Of a stretch of DNA of 49,834 nt, positions 28,701 to 36,661 are shown one piece after another. The notes beneath the pieces were generated by a model. It was not told the origin of the DNA. It was given only the letters and a program-made list of their open reading frames with translations, and did no database searches. Position 1 is the stretch's first letter; each line of letters begins with the position of its first letter. The translations under genes were made by a program, and so were the position numbers. Source of the DNA: Escherichia phage UP30; the sequence record OX638287, one strand, 5' to 3'.

Positions 28701-29216
28701 AATGAGGCGGCACTTTCTCAAAAACTTGACTCGTGGAGTAACGCGGATTCGACTGGCGCAATGTACGGCGTCAAGCTGGGACTTAAGTATAATGGTCAGG
28801 AATACAGCGCAGGCATGGCTATGTCTCTGATTGGTTCTGGCGCGGTTGTTAAGGCTCAGATTCTTTTTGAGGCGTCACGATTTGCCATCATGACAGGAAT
28901 GAATGGTCAGACTCAGTATCCTTTCGTGGTTGAGAATGGTCAAGTTATCCTGAGTAGCGCAATCATCAAGGATGGATTTATTACTAACGCAATGATTGGT
29001 AACGCAATTCAGTCTAACAATTGGGATGGATATCAAGGGTGGCATATTAACAAGAATGGTGCAGCTTACTTTATGAACGCAACAGTAAGGGGTGCTTTGT
29101 ATGCAGATAACGGATCGTTTGCATTCAACGGAACAAACAACACGGTTCAGATAAACAATAACGGGATCACGGTTAACCTACCTAACGGGGGCCGAGTGGT
29201 TGTTGGTGTCTGGTAA
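25767..29216 (+). CDS. host specificity / central tail fibre protein (lambda gpJ-like, 1149 aa)
   Basis: Size and position after I; fibronectin-III-like region; heptad-repeat-rich C-terminal part. Confidence 0.85.
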   Translation: MIQKVISGSKGGSSKPHNPVEMEDNLISINKIKILLAISDGEIDETFSLKQLMFNSVPVQNEDGSFNFEGVKAEFRPGTQTQEYIKGMEDSASEVTVNREVTTDNPYTIAVTNKTLSAIRIKMFMPRGVRIENNGDKNGVRVEYEVQQAVDGGSFETVLTDVIEGKTMSGYDRSRRVNLPNFNNQVIFRVVRKTPDSNDSNVVDAIQVRSYAEVIDAKFRYPLTGLLFVEFDSKMFPSQLPTISIRKRWKIVNVPSNYDPESRTYNGNWDGTFKKAWTNNPAWVLYDLMINQRYGLDQKELGISVDKWALYEAAQYCDQMVPDGKGGTEPRYLCDVIIQSQTDAYKVIRDICSIFRGMSFWNGESISVIIDRPREPAYIFTNDNVVNGDFSYTFASEKSMYTTCNVMFDDEQNMYQQDVEPVFDREATLRFGNNVTSITAIGCTRRSEANRRGRWILKTNLRSTTVNFATGLEGMIPTIGDVVAIADNFWSSNLTMNLSGRLLEVSGSQIFLPFRVDARAGDFIIVNKPDGKPVKRTISSVSADGKTIEINIGFGFPVKPNTVFAIDRTDLALQQYVVTKIDKGDDDEEFTYKITAVEYDPNKYDEIDYGVNIDDRPTSIVEPDQIPKPENVQVSSESRIVQGMSVETMIVSWDKVPYAVFYDVQWRKDNGNWQNVPQTANKEVYVEGIYAGNYQVRVRSVAGSGTTSGWSNIVAATLTGKQGEPGRPINLTATDDVVFGIRTKWGFSEGSGDTAYTELQQSPDGTVDNASLLSLVPYPQHEYYHSPMPGGNIVWYRVRTVDRIGNVSQWTDFVRGMASTNVDDIIGDISVDIENSPGYEWLVDNATDNAAQNAANAEASIENALANDRDAIHMKKENGKRKAEYTKSLKLIADETEARVTAVEQLKASFGDQISASNSELREVIATETGALSREIDQLKAEIGDDIQASLTDIREAIANETEARTQADLTLSARLGDNEAALSQKLDSWSNADSTGAMYGVKLGLKYNGQEYSAGMAMSLIGSGAVVKAQILFEASRFAIMTGMNGQTQYPFVVENGQVILSSAIIKDGFITNAMIGNAIQSNNWDGYQGWHINKNGAAYFMNATVRGALYADNGSFAFNGTNNTVQINNNGITVNLPNGGRVVVGVW

Positions 29217-29220
29217 CAGA

Positions 29221-29246
29221 AAGGGGCCGATTGGCCCCTTTTTTTA
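29221..29246. terminator. bidirectional terminator between convergent J and cor operon
   Basis: ggggcc-gatt-ggcccc then T7. Confidence 0.7.
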
Positions 29247-30200
29247 ATACATGTTTGGAGTGAAAGGAATTGGCATTGAAATGTTTATGTTGAATGGGAA
29301 TTGAGCGCCGCTCTGAGTAGAATAGTTACCTACCCTCGTTCCTGGTGCGCTTCTAACGTTACCTCCGCTCATGCACACGCCCTTGTATCGGATGTTATTA
29401 TATCCACCTGTAACCCTGCATATTGTGCCAGTTCTCAGTATTGGGAAAAATCCACCGCACCACTGCCAGCCGTCATTTATCGCCATAGTCCCGCCGAGAA
29501 CGAAGGGGCGTCTAACGCTTGAGAAAACGATCTGACCAGCGGGATTGCTCATAGTAATTCCCGGTCCTGGAGGTGGTGGAGTGTTATTAAATATTACGAG
29601 TTGCACGTATACGCTCGCGCCAACGTCATCAATCCCGTTATAGTTTGCATCCCTACACCATATAGTATTTCCGTCAGATTCAAGTGTTACGTTTGGGTTA
29701 TCCCACATACCGAAAGGAACGCCCTGGACTGGCAATTGAGCCTGACCGTTAACCTGGATGCCTCCAACAAATGCGGCACTCATCAACCTTGCGTTATTCG
29801 GTATCGCTGCGAAGTTGGTTGAATCGTTGACAAGTATCCCCTGATTTCCTGCCTGAGCGGGGAGAATTTCGTAACAGTTGCCATAAAATCTCATCCTTCT
29901 TCCACCGTGACCGTTAAAATTCCCTACCGTTATTCGCCCGGTTGAATCATTAACCTTCTGAAAGCTGGTTAAATAATACACCTCAGGAATATAATCCATG
30001 TCGTCTATGTAGATGGACTGAGATGGAAGGCAAAAAGCAGTAGATCCAGGACTCATTTGCAGACCAAAATCAAAAACCGATCCCGATGAGTCAACGCCGT
30101 CCGCTTGTATTGGTCCGCACCATGACGGTGCGCGAAGCCCCGAGGTTATCTCCATTGCCGGACGACCGTCATTTAAGTTTATGTATATTCCTTGTCCCAT
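29244..30200 (-). CDS. hypothetical Gly/Asn-rich protein (about 318 aa), co-operonic with Cor-like lipoprotein
   Basis: ATG 30200 lies 2 nt after upstream stop (coupling); ends at bidirectional terminator. Confidence 0.55.
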   Translation of the reverse strand: MGQGIYINLNDGRPAMEITSGLRAPSWCGPIQADGVDSSGSVFDFGLQMSPGSTAFCLPSQSIYIDDMDYIPEVYYLTSFQKVNDSTGRITVGNFNGHGGRRMRFYGNCYEILPAQAGNQGILVNDSTNFAAIPNNARLMSAAFVGGIQVNGQAQLPVQGVPFGMWDNPNVTLESDGNTIWCRDANYNGIDDVGASVYVQLVIFNNTPPPPGPGITMSNPAGQIVFSSVRRPFVLGGTMAINDGWQWCGGFFPILRTGTICRVTGGYNNIRYKGVCMSGGNVRSAPGTRVGNYSTQSGAQFPFNINISMPIPFTPNMY

Positions 30201-30202
30201 AA

Positions 30203-30433
30203 TTACCACTCTTTAGTTTTGATTGACACCTTGCCGCTAAAGTTTCCCTGGTCGTCGTCTGATGACAGACCTTTGAATCGCATGTCGATTTCTCCAGCGG
30301 GAACATTCTGCCCGTCAACGAATCGCATCATGCAAGAACCGTACGCGTAAGTAACACAGTCGCCATTTTTAAGATTCTGAGCGCAACCAGTCAGGATGAA
30401 TGCAGAAGCGATAATGGTGATTAATTTTTTCAT
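30203..30433 (-). CDS. Cor-like lipoprotein (putative superinfection exclusion)
   Basis: 76 aa, signal peptide with lipobox LTGC, GAGGAC RBS, own sigma70-like promoter; name is from T1/phi80 context, not verified. Confidence 0.5.
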   Translation of the reverse strand: MKKLITIIASAFILTGCAQNLKNGDCVTYAYGSCMMRFVDGQNVPAGEIDMRFKGLSSDDDQGNFSGKVSIKTKEW

Positions 30434-30462
30434 TTGTATGTCCTCGTCGTTAGTGTGATTGC

Positions 30463-30491
30463 ATTGTATGTCGCATTTACTTTTATTGCAA
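30463..30491 (-). promoter_or_regulatory. sigma70-type promoter of cor operon (TTGCAA-17-TACAAT)
   Basis: -35 30486-30491, -10 30463-30468 on minus strand. Confidence 0.5.
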
Positions 30492-30511
30492 TAGCTCGAT
30501 TACAATTTTTT

Positions 30512-30695
30512 CGTGTAACAGGTGTCTATTTTTGTAACCGGAATAGGTGTTACAAAATCGACCCCATCCGACCGCAGGGAGATATGATAAAAACTCTATA
30601 TAATATATATAGATAGATAATATTTAATTTTAGCTTTATATATATAATTATTGTTGTGTAACAGTTGTCTATCGTGTAACAGGTGATTTGATTGA
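30512..30695. repeat. direct repeats cgtgtaacaggtg (x2) and gtgtaacagNtgtctat (x2) flanking an AT-rich block
   Basis: 13-mer at 30512-30524 and 30673-30685; TGTAAC/GTTACA 7 times in 30514-30854. Confidence 0.6.
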
Positions 30696-30900
30696 TTCGT
30701 CAAATTTCTATCATATATGTTCAAAATTTAATCAATAGGGATTCCATTTATGGATATCTATGTATTTCTAAGAAAAAGCGGTTACAAGTGTTACGCAATA
30801 GACAGCACACAAAAACTGACTCAAGTTATTGATTCAGTTGATGCTGGTTGTAACTTGAGCAATATAGACACGCAATTACACACCAATTACATGTATTCGA

Positions 30901-30928
30901 TTGACTAAATGCTGTTAATGGCTATAAT
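30901..30928 (+). promoter_or_regulatory. canonical sigma70 promoter of recombination module (TTGACT-16-TATAAT)
   Basis: -35 30901-30906, -10 30923-30928, AAGGAG 30945-30950. Confidence 0.6.
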
Positions 30929-30959
30929 GGATTCATCGTAAACGAAGGAGATAAACGCA

Positions 30960-32024
30960 ATGTTTAAAGTATTCACATCAAGCCAGCTTTCTAATGACGA
31001 GTATCATAGCAATGAAGGTTGGGCGGCAGAGTATGTAAGCGGATCTAGCCTTGCTGAAATCTATCAGACTTGTCCGGCTAACTGGAGATTCAAGAAGAAC
31101 GAAACGACTAAAGCGCTGGAGTTCGGTACTCAGTCGCATACAAACTTTGAGAGTAGCGATCTGTTTACTGCAACGTATGCGCGTTGTCCGTCTCCGGCAG
31201 AGTTCAAAGATCTGATTACGTCACAAGCCGCGCTGGCTGCAAAATTAAAATCTTTCGGCCTGAAAGGTACATCCGGTAAGCAGTACCCGGACCTCATCAA
31301 AATGATGGTTGATTGCGGTGAAGATCTCAATGTTCAATATCTGATTGAACTGATTGCTGAAGCTGAGGCGCGTGCTGAAGGAAAGCAACTGGTTGACGCT
31401 GATAAATATGATGCCTGTATGAAGATGAGAGCCATCCTTGAGCAAAATCCCGATCATGAAGCGTGCATCAATAGCGAGACGGCCCAGCGTGAGATCTCAA
31501 TCTTCGGTGAGATATCCGGCGTAAAGGTTAAAGTTCGACTTGACCATTTGGACTATAAAGAGAATGTTCCAGGTCGTGTGCTGACTGGTTACGATGAGAA
31601 TGGCGATCCGGTATTCGAAGACGTGATTTTTCCTGAAGCACTGATTATCACCGACTTCAAAACAACTATGAGCGCTAACCCGTTAGAGTTCCCGAGACTG
31701 GCATACAATCACGGCTATTACCTGAAAATGGCATTGCAGCACGACCTGCTGCGACGTGCAATCCAGGCTGGCGCTTTTGAGGGTAACTTCCCGGAAGATA
31801 TCCCGATCGTAGTTCGATTACTGGCGCAGGAGAAAAAAGAGCCTTACATCGCCCTTGCTTACCGCATGACTATGGAGCAAATCAGGATCGGGCGTAGTCA
31901 GTATGTTAGCGTTGTCCACACCTACAAGGCTTGTTCTGAGATGGACGTTTGGCCCGGATACGCTGGCGACGCAAGCGAGATCGAACTTGAAACGCCGTCA
32001 TGGGTACGCTATCAAAACAAGTAA
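30960..32024 (+). CDS. recombination exonuclease (PD-(D/E)xK, YqaJ/RecE-like)
   Basis: ITDFKT motif; first gene of exo-Erf-SSB module; canonical promoter upstream. Confidence 0.55.
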   Translation: MFKVFTSSQLSNDEYHSNEGWAAEYVSGSSLAEIYQTCPANWRFKKNETTKALEFGTQSHTNFESSDLFTATYARCPSPAEFKDLITSQAALAAKLKSFGLKGTSGKQYPDLIKMMVDCGEDLNVQYLIELIAEAEARAEGKQLVDADKYDACMKMRAILEQNPDHEACINSETAQREISIFGEISGVKVKVRLDHLDYKENVPGRVLTGYDENGDPVFEDVIFPEALIITDFKTTMSANPLEFPRLAYNHGYYLKMALQHDLLRRAIQAGAFEGNFPEDIPIVVRLLAQEKKEPYIALAYRMTMEQIRIGRSQYVSVVHTYKACSEMDVWPGYAGDASEIELETPSWVRYQNK

Positions 32025-32026
32025 AC

Positions 32027-32074
32027 GGCACAAATAGCTAAACAAGTAATTAATGAGGTGTTATAATGCACCTC
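32027..32074 (+). promoter_or_regulatory. degenerate promoter module upstream of erf
   Basis: ggcacaaatagctaaac; hairpin gaggtgTTATAATgcacctc. Confidence 0.45.
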
Positions 32075-32098
32075 GTACACCAATCAGGAGAAGTTAAG

Positions 32099-32746
32099 AT
32101 GCAATTATCACCAGAAACCAACGAAATCCTTCCTGCACTGTTTAACGCTCGCAACAAATTCGCTAAAGCAAAGAAGGATGCTAAAAACAATCACCTGAAA
32201 AATTCATACGCAACGCTTGATGCAATGATGGCGGCAGTAAGTCCTGCGTTAACCGACAACGATATCATGATTCTGCAATCAATGCTGGACACCAGTACAG
32301 AAACGACATTCCATCTTGAGACTATGCTGATTCACAAATCAGGGCAGTGGGCCAAATTCTTCATGATGATGCCGATTGCAAAACGAGATCCGCAAGGCGT
32401 AGGTTCTGCAATGACGTATGCGCGACGTTACTCTCTCGCGGCGGCGCTTGGAATTAGCCAGAGTGATGACGACGCGCAGCTTGCGGTGAAATCTGTCAAG
32501 GATTGGAAAAAAGAACTTGATTCGTGTGAAGATATCGAATCACTGAAAGAGGTATGGGCTAACGCTTACCGCCAGACGGACACGGCAAGCAAGTCAATCA
32601 TTCAGGATCACTACAACGCACTGAAGGCTAAGTTTGAGATCGGAAAGGCTCGCGGCATTCGCCCGGCGCAACCGGAACAGAAAAAACAGGTTGAAGCAAC
32701 AAGCGCGAAACCTGTACAATCTCAATCAATCACCAATTTCGAATAA
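32099..32746 (+). CDS. erf: Erf-family single-strand annealing protein
   Basis: YATLDA and MTYARRYS motifs; ATG 32099 after CCAATCAGGAG leader. Confidence 0.65.
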   Translation: MQLSPETNEILPALFNARNKFAKAKKDAKNNHLKNSYATLDAMMAAVSPALTDNDIMILQSMLDTSTETTFHLETMLIHKSGQWAKFFMMMPIAKRDPQGVGSAMTYARRYSLAAALGISQSDDDAQLAVKSVKDWKKELDSCEDIESLKEVWANAYRQTDTASKSIIQDHYNALKAKFEIGKARGIRPAQPEQKKQVEATSAKPVQSQSITNFE

Positions 32747-32753
32747 TCATTCC

Positions 32754-32780
32754 GGGCGGCTTCGGTCGCCCATAAATTTT
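32754..32780 (+). terminator. stable UUCG-tetraloop hairpin between erf and ssb (attenuator or stabiliser)
   Basis: 7-bp stem with TTCG loop, weak U tract. Confidence 0.35.
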
Positions 32781-32793
32781 AGGAGAGAAAATC

Positions 32794-33207
32794 ATGCATA
32801 TTATCACTGGCGAGATCCGAAAAGAACCTAAGATTCTTGAACGTAACGGAGGCAATACTTATATTATTGAACTGGCAGAGAGTTACAAGCCGCGTGATGG
32901 CGATCGAGAATACACCAACTATACATTCTTTTTCAGCGATGGTGGGAAGCCCGGACTTGCTGATTGGTATCGTGAAGCGTTCCAGGTTGGTCGCGTCGTA
33001 TCAGTATCGTGCGAGACGTTGAAGATCTCATCCCGCGAGCACAACGGAACGGTTTACAATTCATTGCAGGCGGCTGATTTTCCTAAGTTGATATTCAGCC
33101 AACGAGGACAAAGCAACCAACAACGAGCGCCACAGCAACAACAGCGAACGCAATCACATCAACAGCCAAATCCTCAATCAACTTTCGACGATGATATCCC
33201 GTTCTAA
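32794..33207 (+). CDS. ssb: single-stranded DNA-binding protein
   Basis: Gln/Pro-rich tail ending DDDIPF; position after Erf. Confidence 0.8.
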   Translation: MHIITGEIRKEPKILERNGGNTYIIELAESYKPRDGDREYTNYTFFFSDGGKPGLADWYREAFQVGRVVSVSCETLKISSREHNGTVYNSLQAADFPKLIFSQRGQSNQQRAPQQQQRTQSHQQPNPQSTFDDDIPF

Positions 33208-33208
33208 C

Positions 33209-33236
33209 AAAAATCCCCGCATTGCGGGGATTTTAT
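33209..33236. terminator. bidirectional terminator between ssb and tail fibre gene
   Basis: aaaatccccgc-att-gcggggatttt. Confidence 0.7.
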
Positions 33237-35020
33237 CATTTGGACTTCAATGTTTTTATCTCTTCTTGTAACTCTTCAACTTTCTTCATTGTATCCTGCA
33301 AAGCTCTCATAGTGTCAAGCAATAAAGGAGTTGTATCAAGCTCAAGCCTTTCAACTTTTGGCCCGTTTAGCTCGTGGCTCTCATAAACCCTTCTCTTAAC
33401 ATATAGATTGTCGATCTCTTCTATCTCCTGAGCTATAACACCTCGCCTTACCCTTTCTTGCTCATCATCGTTAAATATAAAGTTCCTAAATCTCATTGAT
33501 TTTATGTTGTTGTATGCAATGCTTGATTCATCATCCTTTATGCTGTGCTTTATATTTCTGTCAGATGCCGGAATCTGTTGGAAACTTCCAGCCCCTTGCG
33601 GTCCAGCGTAAGATATTTGCCCTGAAGCCATAAACCTGAAATGCATTTGCAGACCAATATTGCCTGCTCCATCCCTATCTTGAGCGCCTACTGATATTTG
33701 TGCCCTGGGCCATTCAGGATTACCCGTAGTCATCATGCCAAATGCTACGCCGCCAACGTATCCCTGACCTCTGGTGTCGCACGATCCAGCAATAAGTGAT
33801 TGATAGTTTTCAGCGCCACTATCGGCGGTGTAAGCACCAGCCTGAAAACACGTCTCAGACCACATCTGGTTGTAACCCATATTTCCTTTATTACATAAAA
33901 GCTGAGAAGCCCTGAATCTATTATTAGTCTCGAAGTAGTTTGAACCCTCATAAAACAATAAAGTTCCAGCATAACCATCACTTCCATTACCTTTTCTGAC
34001 GTAAAGCCCTGGCACAGAAAGTCCATCCGGTGAAATAATCATAAGTGATGAAAGTATGGACTGACTACCCCAGCTAGAACCGTCCCACGAGTTCCTTCCT
34101 GCACCTATAGGACCCGTGGTGTTAATAGTAAGAAAGTTAACAGCATCATTTTCACCTAACCCAATATTTTTTCTTGACTCTTTTTTATCCTCAAGGCCAG
34201 CTAGATTGCCATCCTTAGTTAAAAGATTTTCAGCATTGATGCTATTGGCTGCGTCTTTCGCTTCTTGAGCGCTCACCGCTGCCGCATCTTTTGAGCTAAC
34301 AGCATCGTCACGCGCTGCCTGAGCGTCGTTTTTTGCAGAGGTCGCCGTTTGTGCTGCCGTTTGAGCGTCATTAACGTAACCTGACAGATCGCCTTTTGCG
34401 TCATTAATTGCCTGAATCGCCGCCGCTTCTTCTGAGTCAATGTGAGAAATGACAGATGATTCCTTTGATCCTATATCAGTTATGGCCTGATCCTTCGCCG
34501 CATTGATGCTACCGACAGCACCGTCAACAATCTGCTGTGTCTGATTCTTGATTGAGTTAGTTTCATCACGTGCGGCGTTAGCTGCGTCACGAGCTAATTC
34601 AGCCTGGTTTTGTGCGGCTTGAGAGTCTGATTTAGCCTGGTTCACCTCAGCAACTATTTGCTCAAGTTTATTCATATCAAGCTGATTTATCAGGTCTATA
34701 GCTGCTGCGATCTCAGTCTCCTTGCTTTGATAGTATCTAAGCGTCTCAGCAACGTTTTGAGCCAAGCCGTTAACAGTCAACGAATCGTTAAGCAGGATCA
34801 CATACTTACCGTCAGCGGCAGTCTGACCATCTGTAGAGATAGCCTTTAACTCAGTATCGCTCACGATATCGCTAATTACAGCCAGCTTAATCGGTTGCTC
34901 CAGAAATACGATGGTTGCACCGACTCGAATAAGAGCAAGCTGGTCTTTCCATTTTGTATCGGTTCCGCGAACCGTACCGTCTGCATCCATTGATGCTGTG
35001 CCGCGTCTATATAAAGCCAT
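33236..35020 (-). CDS. tail fibre with C-terminal intramolecular chaperone (S74-type) domain
   Basis: Coiled-coil Ala/Gln-rich shaft; C-terminal ~120 aa with GVIAQEIEEI-type motif and coiled-coil end. Confidence 0.7.
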   Translation of the reverse strand: MALYRRGTASMDADGTVRGTDTKWKDQLALIRVGATIVFLEQPIKLAVISDIVSDTELKAISTDGQTAADGKYVILLNDSLTVNGLAQNVAETLRYYQSKETEIAAAIDLINQLDMNKLEQIVAEVNQAKSDSQAAQNQAELARDAANAARDETNSIKNQTQQIVDGAVGSINAAKDQAITDIGSKESSVISHIDSEEAAAIQAINDAKGDLSGYVNDAQTAAQTATSAKNDAQAARDDAVSSKDAAAVSAQEAKDAANSINAENLLTKDGNLAGLEDKKESRKNIGLGENDAVNFLTINTTGPIGAGRNSWDGSSWGSQSILSSLMIISPDGLSVPGLYVRKGNGSDGYAGTLLFYEGSNYFETNNRFRASQLLCNKGNMGYNQMWSETCFQAGAYTADSGAENYQSLIAGSCDTRGQGYVGGVAFGMMTTGNPEWPRAQISVGAQDRDGAGNIGLQMHFRFMASGQISYAGPQGAGSFQQIPASDRNIKHSIKDDESSIAYNNIKSMRFRNFIFNDDEQERVRRGVIAQEIEEIDNLYVKRRVYESHELNGPKVERLELDTTPLLLDTMRALQDTMKKVEELQEEIKTLKSK

Positions 35021-35042
35021 AGTATAAACTCCTTAAGTAAAT

Positions 35043-35092
35043 AGCATGAATTGCTAAACACTGATTTTATCATTGCGCTAATGGTCTTGCAA
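35043..35092 (-). promoter_or_regulatory. tail fibre promoter (TTGCAA-17-TGaTAAAAT) with dyad box at the start site
   Basis: -35 35087-35092, -10 35064-35069 on minus; box 35043-35061. Confidence 0.5.
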
Positions 35093-35098
35093 CGGGCA

Positions 35099-35122
35099 AT
35101 AAAAAACCGCCCGAAGGCGGTT
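35099..35122 (-). terminator. intrinsic terminator after primase (minus strand)
   Basis: ccgcc-cgaa-ggcgg with A6 on plus strand = U-run on minus. Confidence 0.6.
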
Positions 35123-36056
35123 AGAGTAGGTCACTTGCTGAGAATAATTTGGCTTGCATTCCTGAACGGTATCCTCCAGGGTTAGGGATGATTATTTTTA
35201 ACTGCCTGTCGTCTGCCATATACAAAGTTTCTTTGTCAGATGGTTCGCACGCCACCCTTACCTCCCGATCCCCTTTGTATCTGTACGCAACCATTTCTAG
35301 GTTTTCAGGAGTAAAGCAGGCCCATACCTCTTGCTTTGTATGAAATGCAATATGTTGAGCATCAATCCAGTTTAGACACAAGTAGATCGCCTTCTCAGTT
35401 TTACCAGTCACGGCAACCGAGCAACTTGTGTATTTCTTCGCGTAAAATGATTCCCTTCCCTCTTCATCAATAATCAAAATATTGCAAAACTCGTCATCAA
35501 GCCCATCGTCATGCACAAGTTGACACGGGATAGTGTGAAATACTGACTCACCGCCATCCTCGCGACGTTTTACGCCTACGTCGAATGATTCAGTGGGTAG
35601 TGACTCAAACATACTTAGAGGCGTGTTTACGCGCTTCTCTGTGCGCTCCATAACTTTCATCACTGCATCATGGTCTGCCATCATAACATTTACGCCAGCT
35701 ACCGGAGTGCGGCGTGCTTTTTTGTTTGCCTTGACAATGTACTCCTGCGGAACCTTACCGAGAAATCTCCCCAGGATGTTTATGCATTCACTGTACGGCA
35801 TACCAGTTAATTTCATCAACCAGCCGATCCCGGAGTCGTTGCCGCATGAGTTGCAGATCGCGCCGCCGTCGCCCGGAGTATTCAAGTTATCAGTCCAACG
35901 AAAACGGTCCTTGCCGCCGCAGTTAGGGCAAGGTTGGTGCTTCTTGTTGAAAACCTCGTTAGGCAATCCGCAAACAGACTGGAATGCATCACGCCATAAC
36001 CCCTTCATATACGGCAATACGTCCTCTTTCTGAAACATCATAAATTCTTCGTTCAC
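35121..36056 (-). CDS. DNA primase (zinc-binding, putative)
   Basis: CPNCGGKDRFRW...CNSC zinc-finger motif; GTG 36056 or ATG 36041, start uncertain. Confidence 0.55.
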   Translation of the reverse strand: MNEEFMMFQKEDVLPYMKGLWRDAFQSVCGLPNEVFNKKHQPCPNCGGKDRFRWTDNLNTPGDGGAICNSCGNDSGIGWLMKLTGMPYSECINILGRFLGKVPQEYIVKANKKARRTPVAGVNVMMADHDAVMKVMERTEKRVNTPLSMFESLPTESFDVGVKRREDGGESVFHTIPCQLVHDDGLDDEFCNILIIDEEGRESFYAKKYTSCSVAVTGKTEKAIYLCLNWIDAQHIAFHTKQEVWACFTPENLEMVAYRYKGDREVRVACEPSDKETLYMADDRQLKIIIPNPGGYRSGMQAKLFSASDLL

Positions 36057-36077
36057 TTCCAGATCTCCAAATAAAAA

Positions 36078-36132
36078 CGCGTAGAAGGATGTTACCCCGC
36101 TACGCGTCGTTTGTTTTAACTAAAAATGCTAT
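36078..36132 (-). promoter_or_regulatory. dyad box plus downstream hairpin/U-run upstream of primase
   Basis: Box 36114-36132 (minus sense tagcatttttagttaaaac); stem acgcgtag/ctacgcgt 36078-36110. Confidence 0.45.
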
Positions 36133-36568
36133 TGGTCGTTCCGATATCTTCCTTCTTCACCACTCGCATAAACTTCTTGTTCTTGCATCGCTTCTCAAGG
36201 CACTTGCCGTTACCGTCAAACTTGAGGTCGAATCGCAACCATGCCGCGCGGTATCCTTTACACCCCTGGCGACGGTAAGCGCGATGTGCAGCTTCAGCAC
36301 CTTGCCACGAAATCATATTGCGCTCTTTCCAGCCTTGCACGGTCTGATTACTAACTTTCAGAGCCTTTGCGCAGGCCGCCGGGCCACCATAATATTCGAT
36401 AAGAGCATCAAGTCGCGCTCGCAGTCCGGCGCGTGTTTCTTCTTTATGGATATAGAATCCGCAGCGTTGGCGAGGCTTTTTATCTTTACCGCGTCGGGTT
36501 CCATTGTTACCATTGATGTGACGTTTATCGATTTCACCAGTTGACTCGGCAATTCGTTGCATATTCAT
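36116..36568 (-). CDS. DNA-binding protein with Cro-like HTH and possible N-terminal HNH-like motif
   Basis: ACAKALKVSNQTVQGW helix-turn-helix; RHINGNNG resembles an HNH core; AGGAG RBS. Confidence 0.45.
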   Translation of the reverse strand: MNMQRIAESTGEIDKRHINGNNGTRRGKDKKPRQRCGFYIHKEETRAGLRARLDALIEYYGGPAACAKALKVSNQTVQGWKERNMISWQGAEAAHRAYRRQGCKGYRAAWLRFDLKFDGNGKCLEKRCKNKKFMRVVKKEDIGTTNSIFS

Positions 36569-36581
36569 CTTGATTCTCCTG

Positions 36582-36648
36582 TAGCACTTTTTGCTAAAAA
36601 CGTTTACTGTATGCCGTGTATTATAGCGTAAACGTTACAACGATTCAA
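36582..36648. promoter_or_regulatory. bidirectional promoter region sharing one palindromic -10 (TATTATAG)
   Basis: Box 36582-36601; plus -10 tattat 36619-36624; minus TATAAT 36620-36625 with -35 TTGAAT 36643-36648. Confidence 0.5.
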
Positions 36649-36661
36649 AGGATTAATAGCC

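Noticed and set aside
30434-30616. 60-aa plus-strand ORF in the cor/exo divergent region
   Set aside because: Lies over the mapped promoter and repeat array, has no RBS and low-complexity composition; judged a chance ORF.
30590-30650. AT-rich repeats as a CRISPR array or tandem-repeat array
   Set aside because: No regular repeat-spacer periodicity; only scattered short motifs in AT-rich DNA.
30750-30908. 52-aa ORF inside the divergent control region
   Set aside because: Weak RBS, and it runs across the TAGACA repeats into the -35 of the recombination-module promoter.
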